Shown here: one piece after another, positions 12,146 to 22,458 of the stretch
Numbering within the stretch: the stretch's first letter is position 1
Layout of the letters: each line of letters begins with the position of its first letter
DNA from: Gemmatimonadales bacterium
GTDB lineage: Bacteria > Gemmatimonadota > Gemmatimonadetes > Gemmatimonadales > GWC2-71-9
Length of the DNA stretch: 64,000 nt
Direction of reading: 5' to 3'
NCBI GenBank assembly: GCA_050183815.1
Contig: JBFXAY010000006.1
Coordinates: forward strand, 49,208 to 113,207
Program-made: the position numbers and the translations under genes
Notes under the pieces: generated by a model
Seen by the model: only the letters and a program-made list of their open reading frames with translations
Told to the model about the DNA's origin: nothing
Database searches by the model: none

Positions 12146-13051
12146 ATGCCCAAGCGCGGCACTGTGATGGCCCGGTCCGGGTCCACGTACCGCGTGGCCA
12201 CGCCGATGGGTGAGGTCACGGCGGTACTGCGCGGCAAGGTCAAGCGCGACGACCGCGACCGGATCGTGGTGGGTGATGTCGTCACCCTCGACCGGGTCGA
12301 CAGCCACGGCGTGGCCGGCATCACCGGCGCCGAGCCGCGCCGCAACGTGCTCGAGCGCCGGAGCCCCACCGGCCGCGCCGCCCGGCCGGTGGCCGCGAAT
12401 CTGGATCGGGTTCTCGTGCTCACGGCGGTGACCCAGCCGAAGCCGAATCCCGGTCTGATCGACCGGCTTCTCGTCATCGCCGAAGCGAACGACATCCCGG
12501 CGGGCGTCGTCATCACCAAGATCGATCTCGCCACCCACGCCGATCTCGGCGTCCGGTTCCGCAATGCCGGGTACCCGGTCTGGCCCGTCAGCATTCGGAC
12601 CGGCGAAGGCGTCGACGACCTCGCGGCCGAGATCCGGGGCCACACGACGCTGCTGACCGGTCCATCGGGCGTCGGCAAGTCGAGCCTCCTCAATCGGATC
12701 CAGCCGGGTCTGGCCCTGCCCACCGGCGAGATCTCGGCGAAGATCCAGCGCGGCAAGAACACCACGGTGTCGGCGGTGATGGTGCCGCTCGAAGCCGGCG
12801 GTTTTCTCGTCGACACACCCGGGTTCAGCGACGTCGGCCTCGCCGGGGTCGAGCCCCGCGGGCTGGCCAACTGCTTCCCGGAAATGCGCCGCTTCGTGGC
12901 CAACTGCAAGTTTCCGGATTGCCACCACGTCACCGAGCCCGGGTGTGCCGTGCGCGCGGCGGTCGACGCCGGCGAAATCGCCGACGACCGCTACCAGACC
13001 TACCGCAGTCTCCTCACCGAACTCGGAGCCGCTCCCCGCGCCTGGGAGTAG
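12146..13051 (+). CDS. rsgA: Ribosome small-subunit-dependent GTPase A
   Basis: Circularly permuted GTPase order: G4 (ITKIDL) comes before G1 (GPSGVGKSSL) and G3 (DTPGF). C-terminal zinc knuckle CKFPDCHHVTEPGC. The start is set at ATG 12146. Confidence 0.88.
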   Translation: MPKRGTVMARSGSTYRVATPMGEVTAVLRGKVKRDDRDRIVVGDVVTLDRVDSHGVAGITGAEPRRNVLERRSPTGRAARPVAANLDRVLVLTAVTQPKPNPGLIDRLLVIAEANDIPAGVVITKIDLATHADLGVRFRNAGYPVWPVSIRTGEGVDDLAAEIRGHTTLLTGPSGVGKSSLLNRIQPGLALPTGEISAKIQRGKNTTVSAVMVPLEAGGFLVDTPGFSDVGLAGVEPRGLANCFPEMRRFVANCKFPDCHHVTEPGCAVRAAVDAGEIADDRYQTYRSLLTELGAAPRAWE

Positions 13052-13093
13052 CCCGCCACGGCATCGCCTGGCGCCGGGGTGGCGACTCCGGAT

Positions 13094-13128
13094 TGACATA
13101 AACGTCTTAGGCTAAGATGTTTAGGTCA
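13094..13128. promoter_or_regulatory. 35-bp near-perfect palindrome, candidate PadR operator overlapping a TTGACA -35-like box
   Basis: TGACATAAACGTCTTAG-G-CTAAGATGTTTAGGTCA, with 15 of 17 arm positions complementary. It lies 24 nt upstream of the PadR ATG (13152). A TTGACA is at 13093-13098. Confidence 0.6.
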
Positions 13129-13151
13129 GACCGGACCGCGGAGCCGTCCCC

Positions 13152-13490
13152 ATGGCCGAATCCATCGACGTGCTGCAGGGCACGCTCGACCTCCTCATCC
13201 TCAAGGCCCTCACCTGGGGCCCGATGCACGGATTCGAGGTGTCCCGCTGGCTCCTCCGGACGACCGACGACGCCATGGCCATCGAGGAGGGCGCCCTCTA
13301 TCCGGCGCTCCACCGGATGGAGCGCCGGAAATGGCTCTCCTCGGAATGGGCCGTGACCGAACAGGGCCGCCGCGCCAAGTACTACCAGCTCACCCGGGAA
13401 GGGCGGGACCAGCTCCGGATCCAGACGACGGCCTGGCGTCGCTACGTCGCGGTGGTGGACAAGATCATGGCCGCCGCGCGCGCCCGATGA
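13152..13490 (+). CDS. PadR family transcriptional regulator
   Basis: 112 aa. Winged-helix signature LDLLILKAL..GPMHGFEV...IEEGALYPALHRMERRKWL..EW......RRAKYYQLT. ATGA overlap with the downstream permease. Confidence 0.9.
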   Translation: MAESIDVLQGTLDLLILKALTWGPMHGFEVSRWLLRTTDDAMAIEEGALYPALHRMERRKWLSSEWAVTEQGRRAKYYQLTREGRDQLRIQTTAWRRYVAVVDKIMAAARAR

Positions 13491-16147
13491 ACCGGCCACT
13501 CCGCCGGATCTTCCGGCTCGCCTCCCGGGATGACCACGCCGTCTCCGACGCCGAGGCGGAACTCGATCTCCACCAGCACCTGCTGGAGGAGGAACTGATC
13601 GGGCGGGGAATCGCCGCCGGGGAGGCCCGCCGCCAGGCCAGGGAGGCGATGGCCGGTCGTCGCCGCATCGCGGGTGAAATGGTCGCAATCGACCGCTCCG
13701 CCCGGCGGAAGACGGTCCGCGGCGAACGCCTCAGCCGCCTCGGCGCCGACCTCCGGCTCGCCGCCCGCGGGCTCCGCCGGGATCCCTGGTTCGCCTTGGC
13801 GGGAATCGTCCTCGTCGCCCTGGGTGTCGGGGCCAACGCCGGAATCTTCAGCGTGGTCAACGCCGCGTTCTTTCGGCCGCTGCCGTATCCCGCGCCGGAC
13901 CGGCTCGTCTCCGTGCTTGAGACCCGCCGGGGGCACCTGATGCGGGTCGCCGGCGCCAATTATCTCGACTGGGAAGCTCAGGCCGACGGGTTCACGGCCC
14001 TGGCGGGCTATTTCTCCTATCCGGTCGTGTTTGCCACCGGCGATCGGCCCGAACAGCTGACCCTCGCTGCCGTCTCCCGAAGCTTCGCCACCGTGCTGGG
14101 TCGCGCGCCCCGGGTCGGCCGCTGGTTCTCGGCGGATGAGGCCCGCCCCGGCGGGCCACCGGTCGTCGTCGTCTCCTGGCGGCTCTGGCGCGATCGCCTC
14201 GGCGCCGACTCGGCGGCGTTAGGCACGCCGATCCGGGTCGACGGCCGGCTTCTCCCGATCGTCGGCGTGCTGCCGCCGGAGGCGGACCTCCCGGTGGGTG
14301 CGGACCTCTGGGTGCCGCTGGAACCGTTTCTCGACGGCGCGAGCCGGACCGGCCACAACTACGACGTCGTCGGCCGGCTGCAACCGGACGTCTCAGCCGA
14401 AGCCGCCGAGCGGTCGCTCACCCTGCTGACCCGCCGGGTCACGGTGTCCGCACCGCCGAGTGAGTATCTCGCGGACGGGGTGCGGGTCTTGCCCCTCCGG
14501 GAAACGCTGCTGGGGGAGACGCCCGGCGTGCTCCGTCTGCTGCAGGCGGCCGTGGCGCTCCTCCTGCTGGTCGCGGTGCTCAACCTCGCCACCCTGCTCC
14601 TGGCCCGCGCGGCGAAGCGCCAGAGCGAGACGTCACTGATGCTCGCCCTCGGCGCCTCCGGCCGGGATCTGGCCCAGCGGTCCGTGGTCGAGAGCCTGCT
14701 GGTGACGGCGCTCGGGGCCGGTTTGGGTCTCGGCCTCTGGCTCCTGGTCCGGCCCGTGGTCACCGGTCCCGTCGTGGCGGCCGTTCGGTTCGTGCGGGAC
14801 TTGCCGCTCGACTTCAGGGTGATCGGCTTCGTGGTCGGGGTGATCGTGGCGGCGGGACTGCTGGCCGGGGTCGTGCCGGCCCTCTGGTCGGCCCGGGCCA
14901 CCGCCGGATCGTCTGCCGCGGCCGTGAATCGGTTCACCGGTGCCTCGCGGCCGATGTGGCTCCTCGTGGCCGGCGAAGTGGCCCTCACCTTTCTCCTCCT
15001 CGCGGCCGCCGGCCTGCTGGGTCGGAGCCTGGCCCGGTTGCTCGATCAGCCGCTCGGGTTCGACCCGTCCGGTCGCCTCGCGATGAGCGTGAGTCTGCCG
15101 ACGCAGGAAGGGTCCCCGTACCGCGACCACGACCGGTACCGCGGGTTCGTCACCCAGTTGCTCGACCGGGTCGCGGCGATTCCCGGCGTCGAGTCGGTCG
15201 CGGCCGGTGCGGCCCTGCCGCTCCTCGGCTCGTCTCCGGACGGCGCCGCGCGTATTCAGGGAGAGCCGTCGGATGCAGGCGGTCCGGCGGCGGTTTCGGA
15301 ACTCCGCGTGGTGAGCCCCGGCTACTTCGCCACGCTCGGTATTCCCCTCGTCGCCGGCCGCGAGTTCGAATCCGCCGACCAGCCCGGTAGCCCCTACGTG
15401 GCGGTCGTCAACGAGGCGTTCGCCCGGACCCACCTTCGCGGCGAAAGCCCCCTGGGCCGCCAGGTCCGGTTTCCGGGAATGGACTGGAGCGGGGCCGATC
15501 GGTGGGCCACCGTGGTCGGTGTCGTCGGCGACGTCCGCGAACGCGGCCCGGCGTCCCGCGCCTATCCGGCGATCTACTACACCTTCCTCCAGCGGCCGCA
15601 ACCGTACCGCGATCTCCAGGTGGCTGTCCGGCTTGGCCGAGCCGGGTCCGCGCCGGTGCTCGAGGCGATGCGCCGGACCCTCGCCGATCTCGAGCCGATG
15701 GTGCCGTTCGAGGGCCGCACGATGGACACCGCCGTCGGTGCGGCCGTCGCGGGCCCGCGGCTCCGGATGCTCGTGCTCACCGGTTTCGCCGCGATGGCCC
15801 TCTGCCTCGCGGGTGTCGGCCTCTTCGGGGTGATTGGTTTCGTGGTTCTGCAGCGGAGCCGGGAGATCGGGGTGCGGATCGCCCTCGGGGCGTCCTCCCG
15901 ACAGGTCGTCCTGATGGCACTCCGGCATGCGGCGGCGCCGGTGGCCCTCGGGCTCGGGGTGGGCGTCGCGATGGCTGTCGCCTTCAGCCGCCTGCTGCGA
16001 GGTCTCCTCTTCGGGATCTCGACCCTCGACCCGGTGGCCCTTGGCGCAGCCATGCTGGCCATCGTGGTAGTCACGCTGGTCGCCTGCATTGGGCCGATCC
16101 GGCGAGCCCTCGCGGTGGACCCGGCGCTGGCGCTGCGCCCGGAATAG
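13487..16147 (+). CDS. Duplicated FtsX/MacB-type permease (ADOP-like) with an N-terminal cytoplasmic prefix, no adjacent ATPase
   Basis: Start at ATG 13487 (overlapping the PadR stop), 886 aa. Two FtsX blocks (KRQSETSLMLALGAS... and RSREIGVRIALGAS...). It is a paralogue of 5842-8262. Confidence 0.9.
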   Translation: MNRPLRRIFRLASRDDHAVSDAEAELDLHQHLLEEELIGRGIAAGEARRQAREAMAGRRRIAGEMVAIDRSARRKTVRGERLSRLGADLRLAARGLRRDPWFALAGIVLVALGVGANAGIFSVVNAAFFRPLPYPAPDRLVSVLETRRGHLMRVAGANYLDWEAQADGFTALAGYFSYPVVFATGDRPEQLTLAAVSRSFATVLGRAPRVGRWFSADEARPGGPPVVVVSWRLWRDRLGADSAALGTPIRVDGRLLPIVGVLPPEADLPVGADLWVPLEPFLDGASRTGHNYDVVGRLQPDVSAEAAERSLTLLTRRVTVSAPPSEYLADGVRVLPLRETLLGETPGVLRLLQAAVALLLLVAVLNLATLLLARAAKRQSETSLMLALGASGRDLAQRSVVESLLVTALGAGLGLGLWLLVRPVVTGPVVAAVRFVRDLPLDFRVIGFVVGVIVAAGLLAGVVPALWSARATAGSSAAAVNRFTGASRPMWLLVAGEVALTFLLLAAAGLLGRSLARLLDQPLGFDPSGRLAMSVSLPTQEGSPYRDHDRYRGFVTQLLDRVAAIPGVESVAAGAALPLLGSSPDGAARIQGEPSDAGGPAAVSELRVVSPGYFATLGIPLVAGREFESADQPGSPYVAVVNEAFARTHLRGESPLGRQVRFPGMDWSGADRWATVVGVVGDVRERGPASRAYPAIYYTFLQRPQPYRDLQVAVRLGRAGSAPVLEAMRRTLADLEPMVPFEGRTMDTAVGAAVAGPRLRMLVLTGFAAMALCLAGVGLFGVIGFVVLQRSREIGVRIALGASSRQVVLMALRHAAAPVALGLGVGVAMAVAFSRLLRGLLFGISTLDPVALGAAMLAIVVVTLVACIGPIRRALAVDPALALRPE

Positions 16148-16156
16148 GCCGGCGCT

Positions 16157-16483
16157 CTATTCGGTCCGGGGCTTCAGCGTCCAGCGGCTGGTGTCGCGCC
16201 GGTCGACCTTGTCCATCATCCGGTCGAAGGCGGTCTGCAAGTCGATGCCTTCCCGATTGGCCATGCAGATCAGCACGAAGATGATGTCCGCCATCTCCAT
16301 CCCGAGATCGCCTTCCGGTTCGTCCTTCTTCTTCGTCTTCTGGCCGAACCGATGGTTGACCTCGCGGGCCAGTTCGCCGACTTCCTCGGTGAGCCGGGCG
16401 AGGTTCGTGAGCGGGTGGAAGTAACCCTCCTCGAACCGGGAGATCCACGCGTCGACCCGGGCCTGGCATTCGGTGAGCGACAT
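16157..16483 (-). CDS. MazG-like nucleotide pyrophosphohydrolase domain protein
   Basis: 108 aa. The EEVGELARE...EMADIIFVLICMAN pattern (EExxE...ExxD metal ligands) is typical of small MazG/YpjD-type proteins. Confidence 0.8.
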   Translation of the reverse strand: MSLTECQARVDAWISRFEEGYFHPLTNLARLTEEVGELAREVNHRFGQKTKKKDEPEGDLGMEMADIIFVLICMANREGIDLQTAFDRMMDKVDRRDTSRWTLKPRTE

Positions 16484-16487
16484 CGGT

Positions 16488-17009
16488 TCAACCCCCGCCG
16501 AGCGCCCGAATCAGCGCCTTCATGAAGGCCGGCAGGTCGGCCGGGGTCCGCGAGGAAATGAGATGGCCGTCCACGACGACCGGGCTGTCTTCCCACTGCA
16601 TCCCGGCGTTGACGAGGTCGTCCCGGATCGCGCCGACGCTGGTGCCGCGCTTGCCCCTGACGATGCCTGCCGAGATCGGAACCCAGCCGGCGTGGCAGAT
16701 GAAGGCGACCGGCTTCCCGGCCGCGAAAATTTCCCTGGTCAGGTCGAGGACCTTCGCCGACCGCCGGAGGATGTCCGGCGCGTAGCCGCCGGGAATCACC
16801 AGGCCGTCGAAATCCGCGGCGGCGAGCCCGTCCACGCTGGTGTCGACGGTCAGCGGATACCCCCGCTTGCCCTGGTAGGTCGGCTCGCCGAGGCCGGCCA
16901 CGACCGTCGTCGCCCCCTCCTCCTCGAGTCGGATCTTCGGGTACCACAGCTCCAGGTCCTCGTACCAGTTCGCGGCGAAGATCAGGATGCGTTTTCCGGT
17001 GAGCGGCAT
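16488..17009 (-). CDS. DJ-1/PfpI family protein (class I glutamine amidotransferase-like)
   Basis: Start set at the internal ATG (MPLTGKRILIFAAN...). Nucleophile-elbow motif AFICHAGW. It is 4 nt upstream of the MazG-like gene. Confidence 0.85.
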   Translation of the reverse strand: MPLTGKRILIFAANWYEDLELWYPKIRLEEEGATTVVAGLGEPTYQGKRGYPLTVDTSVDGLAAADFDGLVIPGGYAPDILRRSAKVLDLTREIFAAGKPVAFICHAGWVPISAGIVRGKRGTSVGAIRDDLVNAGMQWEDSPVVVDGHLISSRTPADLPAFMKALIRALGGG

Positions 17010-17091
17010 CGGCGCCTCGGCGTCGGTTGTGGAGTATCTTTCCCCGGGAAACATACTCCGCCGTCCAGACCCTCCACCGATTCGGACCGCC

Positions 17092-17340
17092 ATGCGCAGC
17101 CGGGACCAGATCCTCGCCAATCTCGAAACCATCTACCGCGAGTCCTACGACCGGGCCCGGGAAACCGACGACACGAAACGCATGAGCGACCTGGACTGCG
17201 CCTACGTCCGGGATCAGTTGACGATGGAGGTCCTGCTCGACATCCGGGATCTGTTCTCGGTGACCCCGGCCGCCACCAAGACCGGTGGCACCGCCCTGGA
17301 GAAACTCGAGGCCATCCGCCGCCTCACCAAGTTCCGCTGA
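17092..17340 (+). CDS. Small hypothetical protein (82 aa)
   Basis: From ATG 17092: MRSRDQILANLETIYRESYDRARETDD... It ends 11 nt before the amidohydrolase gene. No recognisable motif. Confidence 0.4.
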   Translation: MRSRDQILANLETIYRESYDRARETDDTKRMSDLDCAYVRDQLTMEVLLDIRDLFSVTPAATKTGGTALEKLEAIRRLTKFR

Positions 17341-17351
17341 TCGGAGCCCTC

Positions 17352-19001
17352 ATGTCCCCCCGCCTCCCGTTCGTCGCCGGATTCCTCCTCGCGGCGGCCT
17401 GCGCCCGGCCGTCGCCCACCGACGCGGATCTCGTGATCTTCGGCCGGATCTGGACCGGCGATCCGGCGGCGCCCGTCGCGGCGGCCCTCGCCGTGCGGGG
17501 CGATTCGATCGTGCTGACGGGCGACAGCGTCGCCGTCGTCGCCCTCGTCGGACCGGCGACCGAGGTGGTGCCGGCGCCGGGTCTCGTCACGCCCGGGCTC
17601 CTCGACGACCACGTCCACCTGTTCATGGGCGGCTTCCAGCTGGCCAGCGTCGATCTCCGGGACGCCGCCACGCCCGAGGAATTCACCCGGCGCCTCAAGA
17701 CGTTCGCGGCCACCCTCCCGCCCGGCGAGTGGATCCAGGGCGGCAGTTGGGATCACGAGCTCTGGCCGGGAACACCGCTCCCGGATCGAAGCTGGATCGA
17801 TTCGGTCACGCCGAACAACCCGGTCTTCGTCACCCGGCTCGACGGCCACATGGCGCTCGCCAATACGGCTGCGCTCGAGGCCGCCCGGATCGATCGGTCG
17901 GTCGGCACCGTGGCGGGAGGGGAGATCGTCCGCCGGGCCGACGGTGAGCTCACCGGCGTCATGAAGGACGAGGCGCAGGGCCTCGTGGGCCGGGCGATTC
18001 CCGAACCGTCCCCCGCCCAACTCGACTCGGCCCTGACCCGGGCCATGCGTCATGCCGCCGAGAAAGGCGTCACCGGGATCGCGAGCGTCTCGACGAGCTG
18101 GAGCGAGATCGCGGCGGTGCGCCGGGCCCGCGACCGCGGCGCGCTCACCTTCCGCGTCAGCAACTACACACCGCTGGCGGGCTGGCAGGCCGCGGCCGAG
18201 TCGCTCCGGGTCAACGGGCCGGGCGACGCCTGGATCCGCACCGCCGGTGTGAAGGGGCTCATCGACGGTTCGCTCGGTTCGACCACCGCCTACTTCGATG
18301 CGCCCTACGCCGATGCCCCCCGCACCGCGGGCTTCCTCACGATTCCCGAGGACTCGGCCCGGCGCTGGATCCTCGGCGCCGATTCGGCCGGCCTCCAGCT
18401 CGCCGTCCACGCGATCGGCGACCGGGCCAACGGCCTGGTGCTCGATCTCTTCGCGGAGGCGGCCGCCCGGAACGGACCGCGTGACCGCCGGTCGCGGATC
18501 GAGCACGCCCAGCACCTCCGGCCCCGGGACGTTCCCCGCTTCGCCGAACTCGGCGTGATTCCCTCGATGCAGCCCTACCACGCCGCGGACGACGGGCGGT
18601 GGGCCGAGAAACGGATCGGGCCGGTGCGGATCAAGACGACGTATGCGTTCCGGTCGCTGCTCGCCGCGGGTGCCCGCCTGACGTTCGGCTCCGACTGGAC
18701 CGTCGCCCCGCTCGACCCCCTCCTCGGGGTCGAGGCGGCGGTTACCCGCCGCACCATCGACGGCGCGAAGATCTTCGTGCCTGAGGAGCGGATCACCGTC
18801 GACCAGGCGCTCCGGGCCTACACCGTCGAGAACGCGTACGCGATGTACCTCGATGGCGTCGTCGGCCGCCTCGCTCCCGGGCTCAAGGCGGATCTCGTGA
18901 TCTTCGATCGGGACCTGCTCACGATGCCGGTCGATTCGATCCCCGCCGCCCGCGTGCTCCGGACCATGGTCGGCGGCCGAACCGTCTACCGGGCGCCATG
19001 A
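17352..19001 (+). CDS. Amidohydrolase family metal-dependent hydrolase (YtcJ-like), lipoprotein/secreted
   Basis: Start at ATG 17352 with a signal peptide (MSPRLPFVAGFLLAAACARPS). Metal-binding HxH (DDHVHLF), later HAIGD and EHAQH motifs. Confidence 0.85.
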   Translation: MSPRLPFVAGFLLAAACARPSPTDADLVIFGRIWTGDPAAPVAAALAVRGDSIVLTGDSVAVVALVGPATEVVPAPGLVTPGLLDDHVHLFMGGFQLASVDLRDAATPEEFTRRLKTFAATLPPGEWIQGGSWDHELWPGTPLPDRSWIDSVTPNNPVFVTRLDGHMALANTAALEAARIDRSVGTVAGGEIVRRADGELTGVMKDEAQGLVGRAIPEPSPAQLDSALTRAMRHAAEKGVTGIASVSTSWSEIAAVRRARDRGALTFRVSNYTPLAGWQAAAESLRVNGPGDAWIRTAGVKGLIDGSLGSTTAYFDAPYADAPRTAGFLTIPEDSARRWILGADSAGLQLAVHAIGDRANGLVLDLFAEAAARNGPRDRRSRIEHAQHLRPRDVPRFAELGVIPSMQPYHAADDGRWAEKRIGPVRIKTTYAFRSLLAAGARLTFGSDWTVAPLDPLLGVEAAVTRRTIDGAKIFVPEERITVDQALRAYTVENAYAMYLDGVVGRLAPGLKADLVIFDRDLLTMPVDSIPAARVLRTMVGGRTVYRAP

Positions 19002-19570
19002 GGCTCGTCGGTCGGACGGTATTTCTCGGACTCCTGGCGCCGGTCCTGGGTGCCGCGCTCGGATACCTCGTCGCGGCCACCGGCAGCGGCCAGTCGGCGG
19101 CCGGCGCCTGGCCCTATGCGATCGGCGCGACGCCGCTCGCGGCCCTTTTCGGCGCGCTGGCGGCGCGGCTCGACGGGCCACCGGTGTCCCGCAGCCTCGG
19201 TGTCGCCGGGGCCCTTCTCGCGCTGGCGGCAGCCCTCGTCACCGCGCTCGTGATGGCCACGATCCGTTTCCGCCTCGCCGGGGCCACCGGGCTGGTGGCG
19301 CCCGCTGCCCTCGTCGCGACGCAGGAATTCCACCTCCTGGCGGGACTCCTGCCGGCGCTCGCCCTGGTCGGCTGGCGGCTGGGTACCACCCGCCGGAAGG
19401 CCTTGGCCCTGCCCGCGTCGGGAGCCGTCGGGATCGCCGGCGCCGTGGCGGCCGGCCCGAGCCTCATTCTCACCGCGGCGGTCGGCCGGGTCCTGCCCCT
19501 GTCGCCGCCGTTGCTCGCCCTGCTCTTCGTCGCCCTCGTCGTCATCGCGTCCTGGCCCCGGCGGGCGTGA
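18998..19570 (+). CDS. Hypothetical integral membrane protein (190 aa, about 5 TM)
   Basis: ATGA overlap with the amidohydrolase stop. Ala/Leu/Gly-rich hydrophobic segments throughout. Confidence 0.55.
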   Translation: MRLVGRTVFLGLLAPVLGAALGYLVAATGSGQSAAGAWPYAIGATPLAALFGALAARLDGPPVSRSLGVAGALLALAAALVTALVMATIRFRLAGATGLVAPAALVATQEFHLLAGLLPALALVGWRLGTTRRKALALPASGAVGIAGAVAAGPSLILTAAVGRVLPLSPPLLALLFVALVVIASWPRRA

Positions 19571-19739
19571 CGGCGAGGCCGGCCCGCCCGCCGATTTCCC
19601 TCTGAACGAGGCGGCTCCGACCGGGTGCAGGGCTCTGCAGTTCCGCCTCGCGCCCTCCGGCGGCGACGGCTAAATTGCGCGGGCTGCTCCGGACCGTTTT
19701 CCGTCCGGCTTCCGAACCAAACCCGAGCCACGGAATCTC

Positions 19740-21866
19740 ATGGCAACGCGCGCATCCAGTCGGGCCAGGACCGCTTCCCGCCTCGAAAAGGCCGACCTGC
19801 TCGACCTCTACAAGACGATGCTGCTGTCCCGCCGCATCGACGACAAGGAGATCCAGCTCAAGCGCCAGAACAAGATCTTCTTCCAGATCTCCGGCGCGGG
19901 CCACGAAGCGGTGCTCGCGGCGGCGGCCCGGATTCTCCGACCCGGCTCGGACTGGTTCTACCTCTACTACCGCGATCGGGCCCTCTGCCTGGGCCTCGGC
20001 ATGACGGCGACGGAGATGCTCCTCAGCGCTGTCGGCGCGGCCGACGACCCCAATTCGGGCGGCCGCCAGATGCCGTCGCACTGGGGCCACAAGGATCTCA
20101 ACATCGTGTCGGTGTCGAGTCCCACCGGCACCCAATTCCTCCAGGCCGTTGGCGCCGCCGAGGCGTGGGTCCGGCTCAGCGAAAACGACCAGGTGCCCGG
20201 CCGCGAGCAGATGATCGCCGGGGACGAAGTGGTCCTCTGCACCACCGGCGACGGCACCACCAGCGAGGGCGAGTTCTGGGAGTCGCTCAACACGGCCTGC
20301 AACCTCAAACTGCCGGTCGTCTACCTGGTCGAGGACAACGGGTACGCCATCTCGGTCCCGGTCGAAGTCAACACGGCTGGCGGCTCGATCTCGAAGCTCC
20401 TCACCGGCTTCCCGGGGCTCTTCATCCAGGAAGTCGACGGCTGCGATCCGCTCGCGTCCTACGATGTGATGCAGAAGGCCATCGAGTACGCGCGCCAGCG
20501 CAAGGGCCCGGCCCTGGTCCACGCCCACGTCATCCGCCCGTACAGCCACTCGCTCTCCGACGACGAGGTCAACTACAAGCCGACCGCCGAGCGGGAGGCC
20601 GAGGCCAACCGGGATCCGGTGTTTGCCTTTCCGCGGTACCTGGTGGAGCAGGGGATTGCCACCGAGGCCGAGATCGAGCTGATCAAGAAGGCCGTCGAGG
20701 ACGAAGTCGAGGTGGCGACCGCCACCGCGCTGGCCTCGCCCCAGCCGCCGGTGTCGTCGATCTACCAGTATGTCTACTCGCCGGACGTCGATCCCACGTC
20801 GGAGCAGTTCGACACCGAGGACGATCCCCGCTTCTCGGGCGATCCGACCACCATGGTGGATCTCCTCAACATCTGCATGAAGGACGAGATGGCCCGCGAT
20901 CCCCGGGTCCTCGTCTTCGGCGAGGACGTCGCCGACGTGAGCCGGGACCAGTACCTCGGCGACGTGAAGGGCAAGGGCGGCGTCTTCAAGGTGACCTGGG
21001 GGCTGCAGAAGGCCTTTGGCGCCAACCGGGTCTACAACTCGCCGCTGGCGGAGGCCAACATCGTGGGCCGGGCCATCGGCCTCGCCACCCGGGGGCTCAA
21101 GCCGGTCGTCGAGATCCAGTTCTTCGACTACATCTGGCCCGCCTACATGCAGCTCCGCAACGAGCTCGCGATTCTCCGGTGGCGCTCGAACAACGCCTGG
21201 CCGGCGCCCGTGGTCGTCCGGGTGACCTACGGCGGCTATCTCAAGGGCGGCGCGCCGTACCACAGCCAGACCGGGGCGTCGGTGTTCACGTCGGTGCCCG
21301 GGCTCCGGGTCGTCTGCCCGGCCACCGCACTCGACGCCAACGGCCTGCTCCGCACCGCGATCCGGTGCGAGGATCCGGTGCTGTTCCTCGAGCACAAGCA
21401 CCTCTATCGCCAGACCTACAACAAGGCGCCGAATCCCGGCCCGAACTTCATGATCCCGTTCGGCAAGGCGCGGGTCGTACGCGAAGGCACCGATCTGACG
21501 GTCGTCACCTACGGAGCCACCGTCCAGCGCTCACTCGTGGCCGCGAAGGCGCTCGAGGAGGAACAGGGCCGGTCGGTCGAGGTGATCGATCTCCGCACCC
21601 TCTCCCCGGTGGACTGGGAAACCATCTTCCAGTCGATCCGCAAGACGAACCGGGCCCTGGTCGTCTACGAGGACGGTCTGTCGTGGGGCTACGGTGCCGA
21701 GATCGCGGCCCGGATCGCCGACGAGGCGTTCGCCTGGCTCGATGCTCCGGTCCGCCGGGTGGCGGCCACCGATACCTTCGTGGCGTACGCGCCGGAGCTC
21801 GAAGACGTCATCCTGCCCCAGGTCGAAAGCATCAAGGCGGCGATGGAAGGAACCCTGCAGTTCTGA
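19740..21866 (+). CDS. 2-oxoacid dehydrogenase E1 component, fused alpha/beta subunits (TPP-dependent)
   Basis: 708 aa. The alpha part carries the TPP motif ([15 protein letters not shown]). The beta part is transketolase-like ([17 protein letters not shown]...). Confidence 0.9.
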   Translation: MATRASSRARTASRLEKADLLDLYKTMLLSRRIDDKEIQLKRQNKIFFQISGAGHEAVLAAAARILRPGSDWFYLYYRDRALCLGLGMTATEMLLSAVGAADDPNSGGRQMPSHWGHKDLNIVSVSSPTGTQFLQAVGAAEAWVRLSENDQVPGREQMIAGDEVVLCTTGDGTTSEGEFWESLNTACNLKLPVVYLVEDNGYAISVPVEVNTAGGSISKLLTGFPGLFIQEVDGCDPLASYDVMQKAIEYARQRKGPALVHAHVIRPYSHSLSDDEVNYKPTAEREAEANRDPVFAFPRYLVEQGIATEAEIELIKKAVEDEVEVATATALASPQPPVSSIYQYVYSPDVDPTSEQFDTEDDPRFSGDPTTMVDLLNICMKDEMARDPRVLVFGEDVADVSRDQYLGDVKGKGGVFKVTWGLQKAFGANRVYNSPLAEANIVGRAIGLATRGLKPVVEIQFFDYIWPAYMQLRNELAILRWRSNNAWPAPVVVRVTYGGYLKGGAPYHSQTGASVFTSVPGLRVVCPATALDANGLLRTAIRCEDPVLFLEHKHLYRQTYNKAPNPGPNFMIPFGKARVVREGTDLTVVTYGATVQRSLVAAKALEEEQGRSVEVIDLRTLSPVDWETIFQSIRKTNRALVVYEDGLSWGYGAEIAARIADEAFAWLDAPVRRVAATDTFVAYAPELEDVILPQVESIKAAMEGTLQF

Positions 21867-22435
21867 TGCGGCGCTTCTTCCTGGTCACCCACCGCTGGCT
21901 GGGTCTCGGCGCGGCGCTGTTTCTCACGCTCGCCGGGGTGTCCGGCATGCTCCTGGTCTGGAGCGACTCCGAGACCCTCGAGATGTTCCACAAGCGTCTC
22001 TTCCTCGGCGAATTCGGGGAATGGCTGCTGATCGCGAGCACCGCGATCTTCCTCTTCCTGGCCGTCGGCGGCGTGGTGCTCTGGTGGCGCCGGAAGATTC
22101 TCACCATTCGCGGCGGCCGCGGCTGGTGGCGTACCCTCTTCGACCTCCATCACGCCCTCGGCATGATCGCGATCGTCGTGACCCTGCTCATCGCGGGGAC
22201 CGGGATCGGGATCGTGATCGAGGAAGAGGAGCACGAAAGGGAGGCCCGGGTCTCCCGCGAAGAGGAACGGGTCCGGGAAGAGGACGAGGCCCTCTACCGG
22301 CTCCACACCGGACGGACCTTTCCCCCGCCCCTCAAGGTCGTCTGGGCGCTGGCATCCCTTTCCTTCGGGATCCAGGCGCTCTCCGGATTCTTCATGTGGT
22401 GGAAGCCCCAGCAGGGGCAGGGCGGCGAGAGCTGA
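21866..22435 (+). CDS. PepSY-associated TM helix-type membrane protein
   Basis: The ATG at 21866 overlaps the E1 stop (TGATG). The N-terminus [32 protein letters not shown] is typical of PepSY_TM proteins. Confidence 0.65.
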   Translation: MRRFFLVTHRWLGLGAALFLTLAGVSGMLLVWSDSETLEMFHKRLFLGEFGEWLLIASTAIFLFLAVGGVVLWWRRKILTIRGGRGWWRTLFDLHHALGMIAIVVTLLIAGTGIGIVIEEEEHEREARVSREEERVREEDEALYRLHTGRTFPPPLKVVWALASLSFGIQALSGFFMWWKPQQGQGGES

Positions 22436-22458
22436 CCGGCGCCGCCTAACGGCGCCGG
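22436..22458. terminator. Hairpin between convergent genes (possible bidirectional terminator)
   Basis: CCGGCGCCG-CCTAA-CGGCGCCGG, a 9-bp perfect stem that overlaps the last codons of the methyltransferase gene. Confidence 0.35.
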
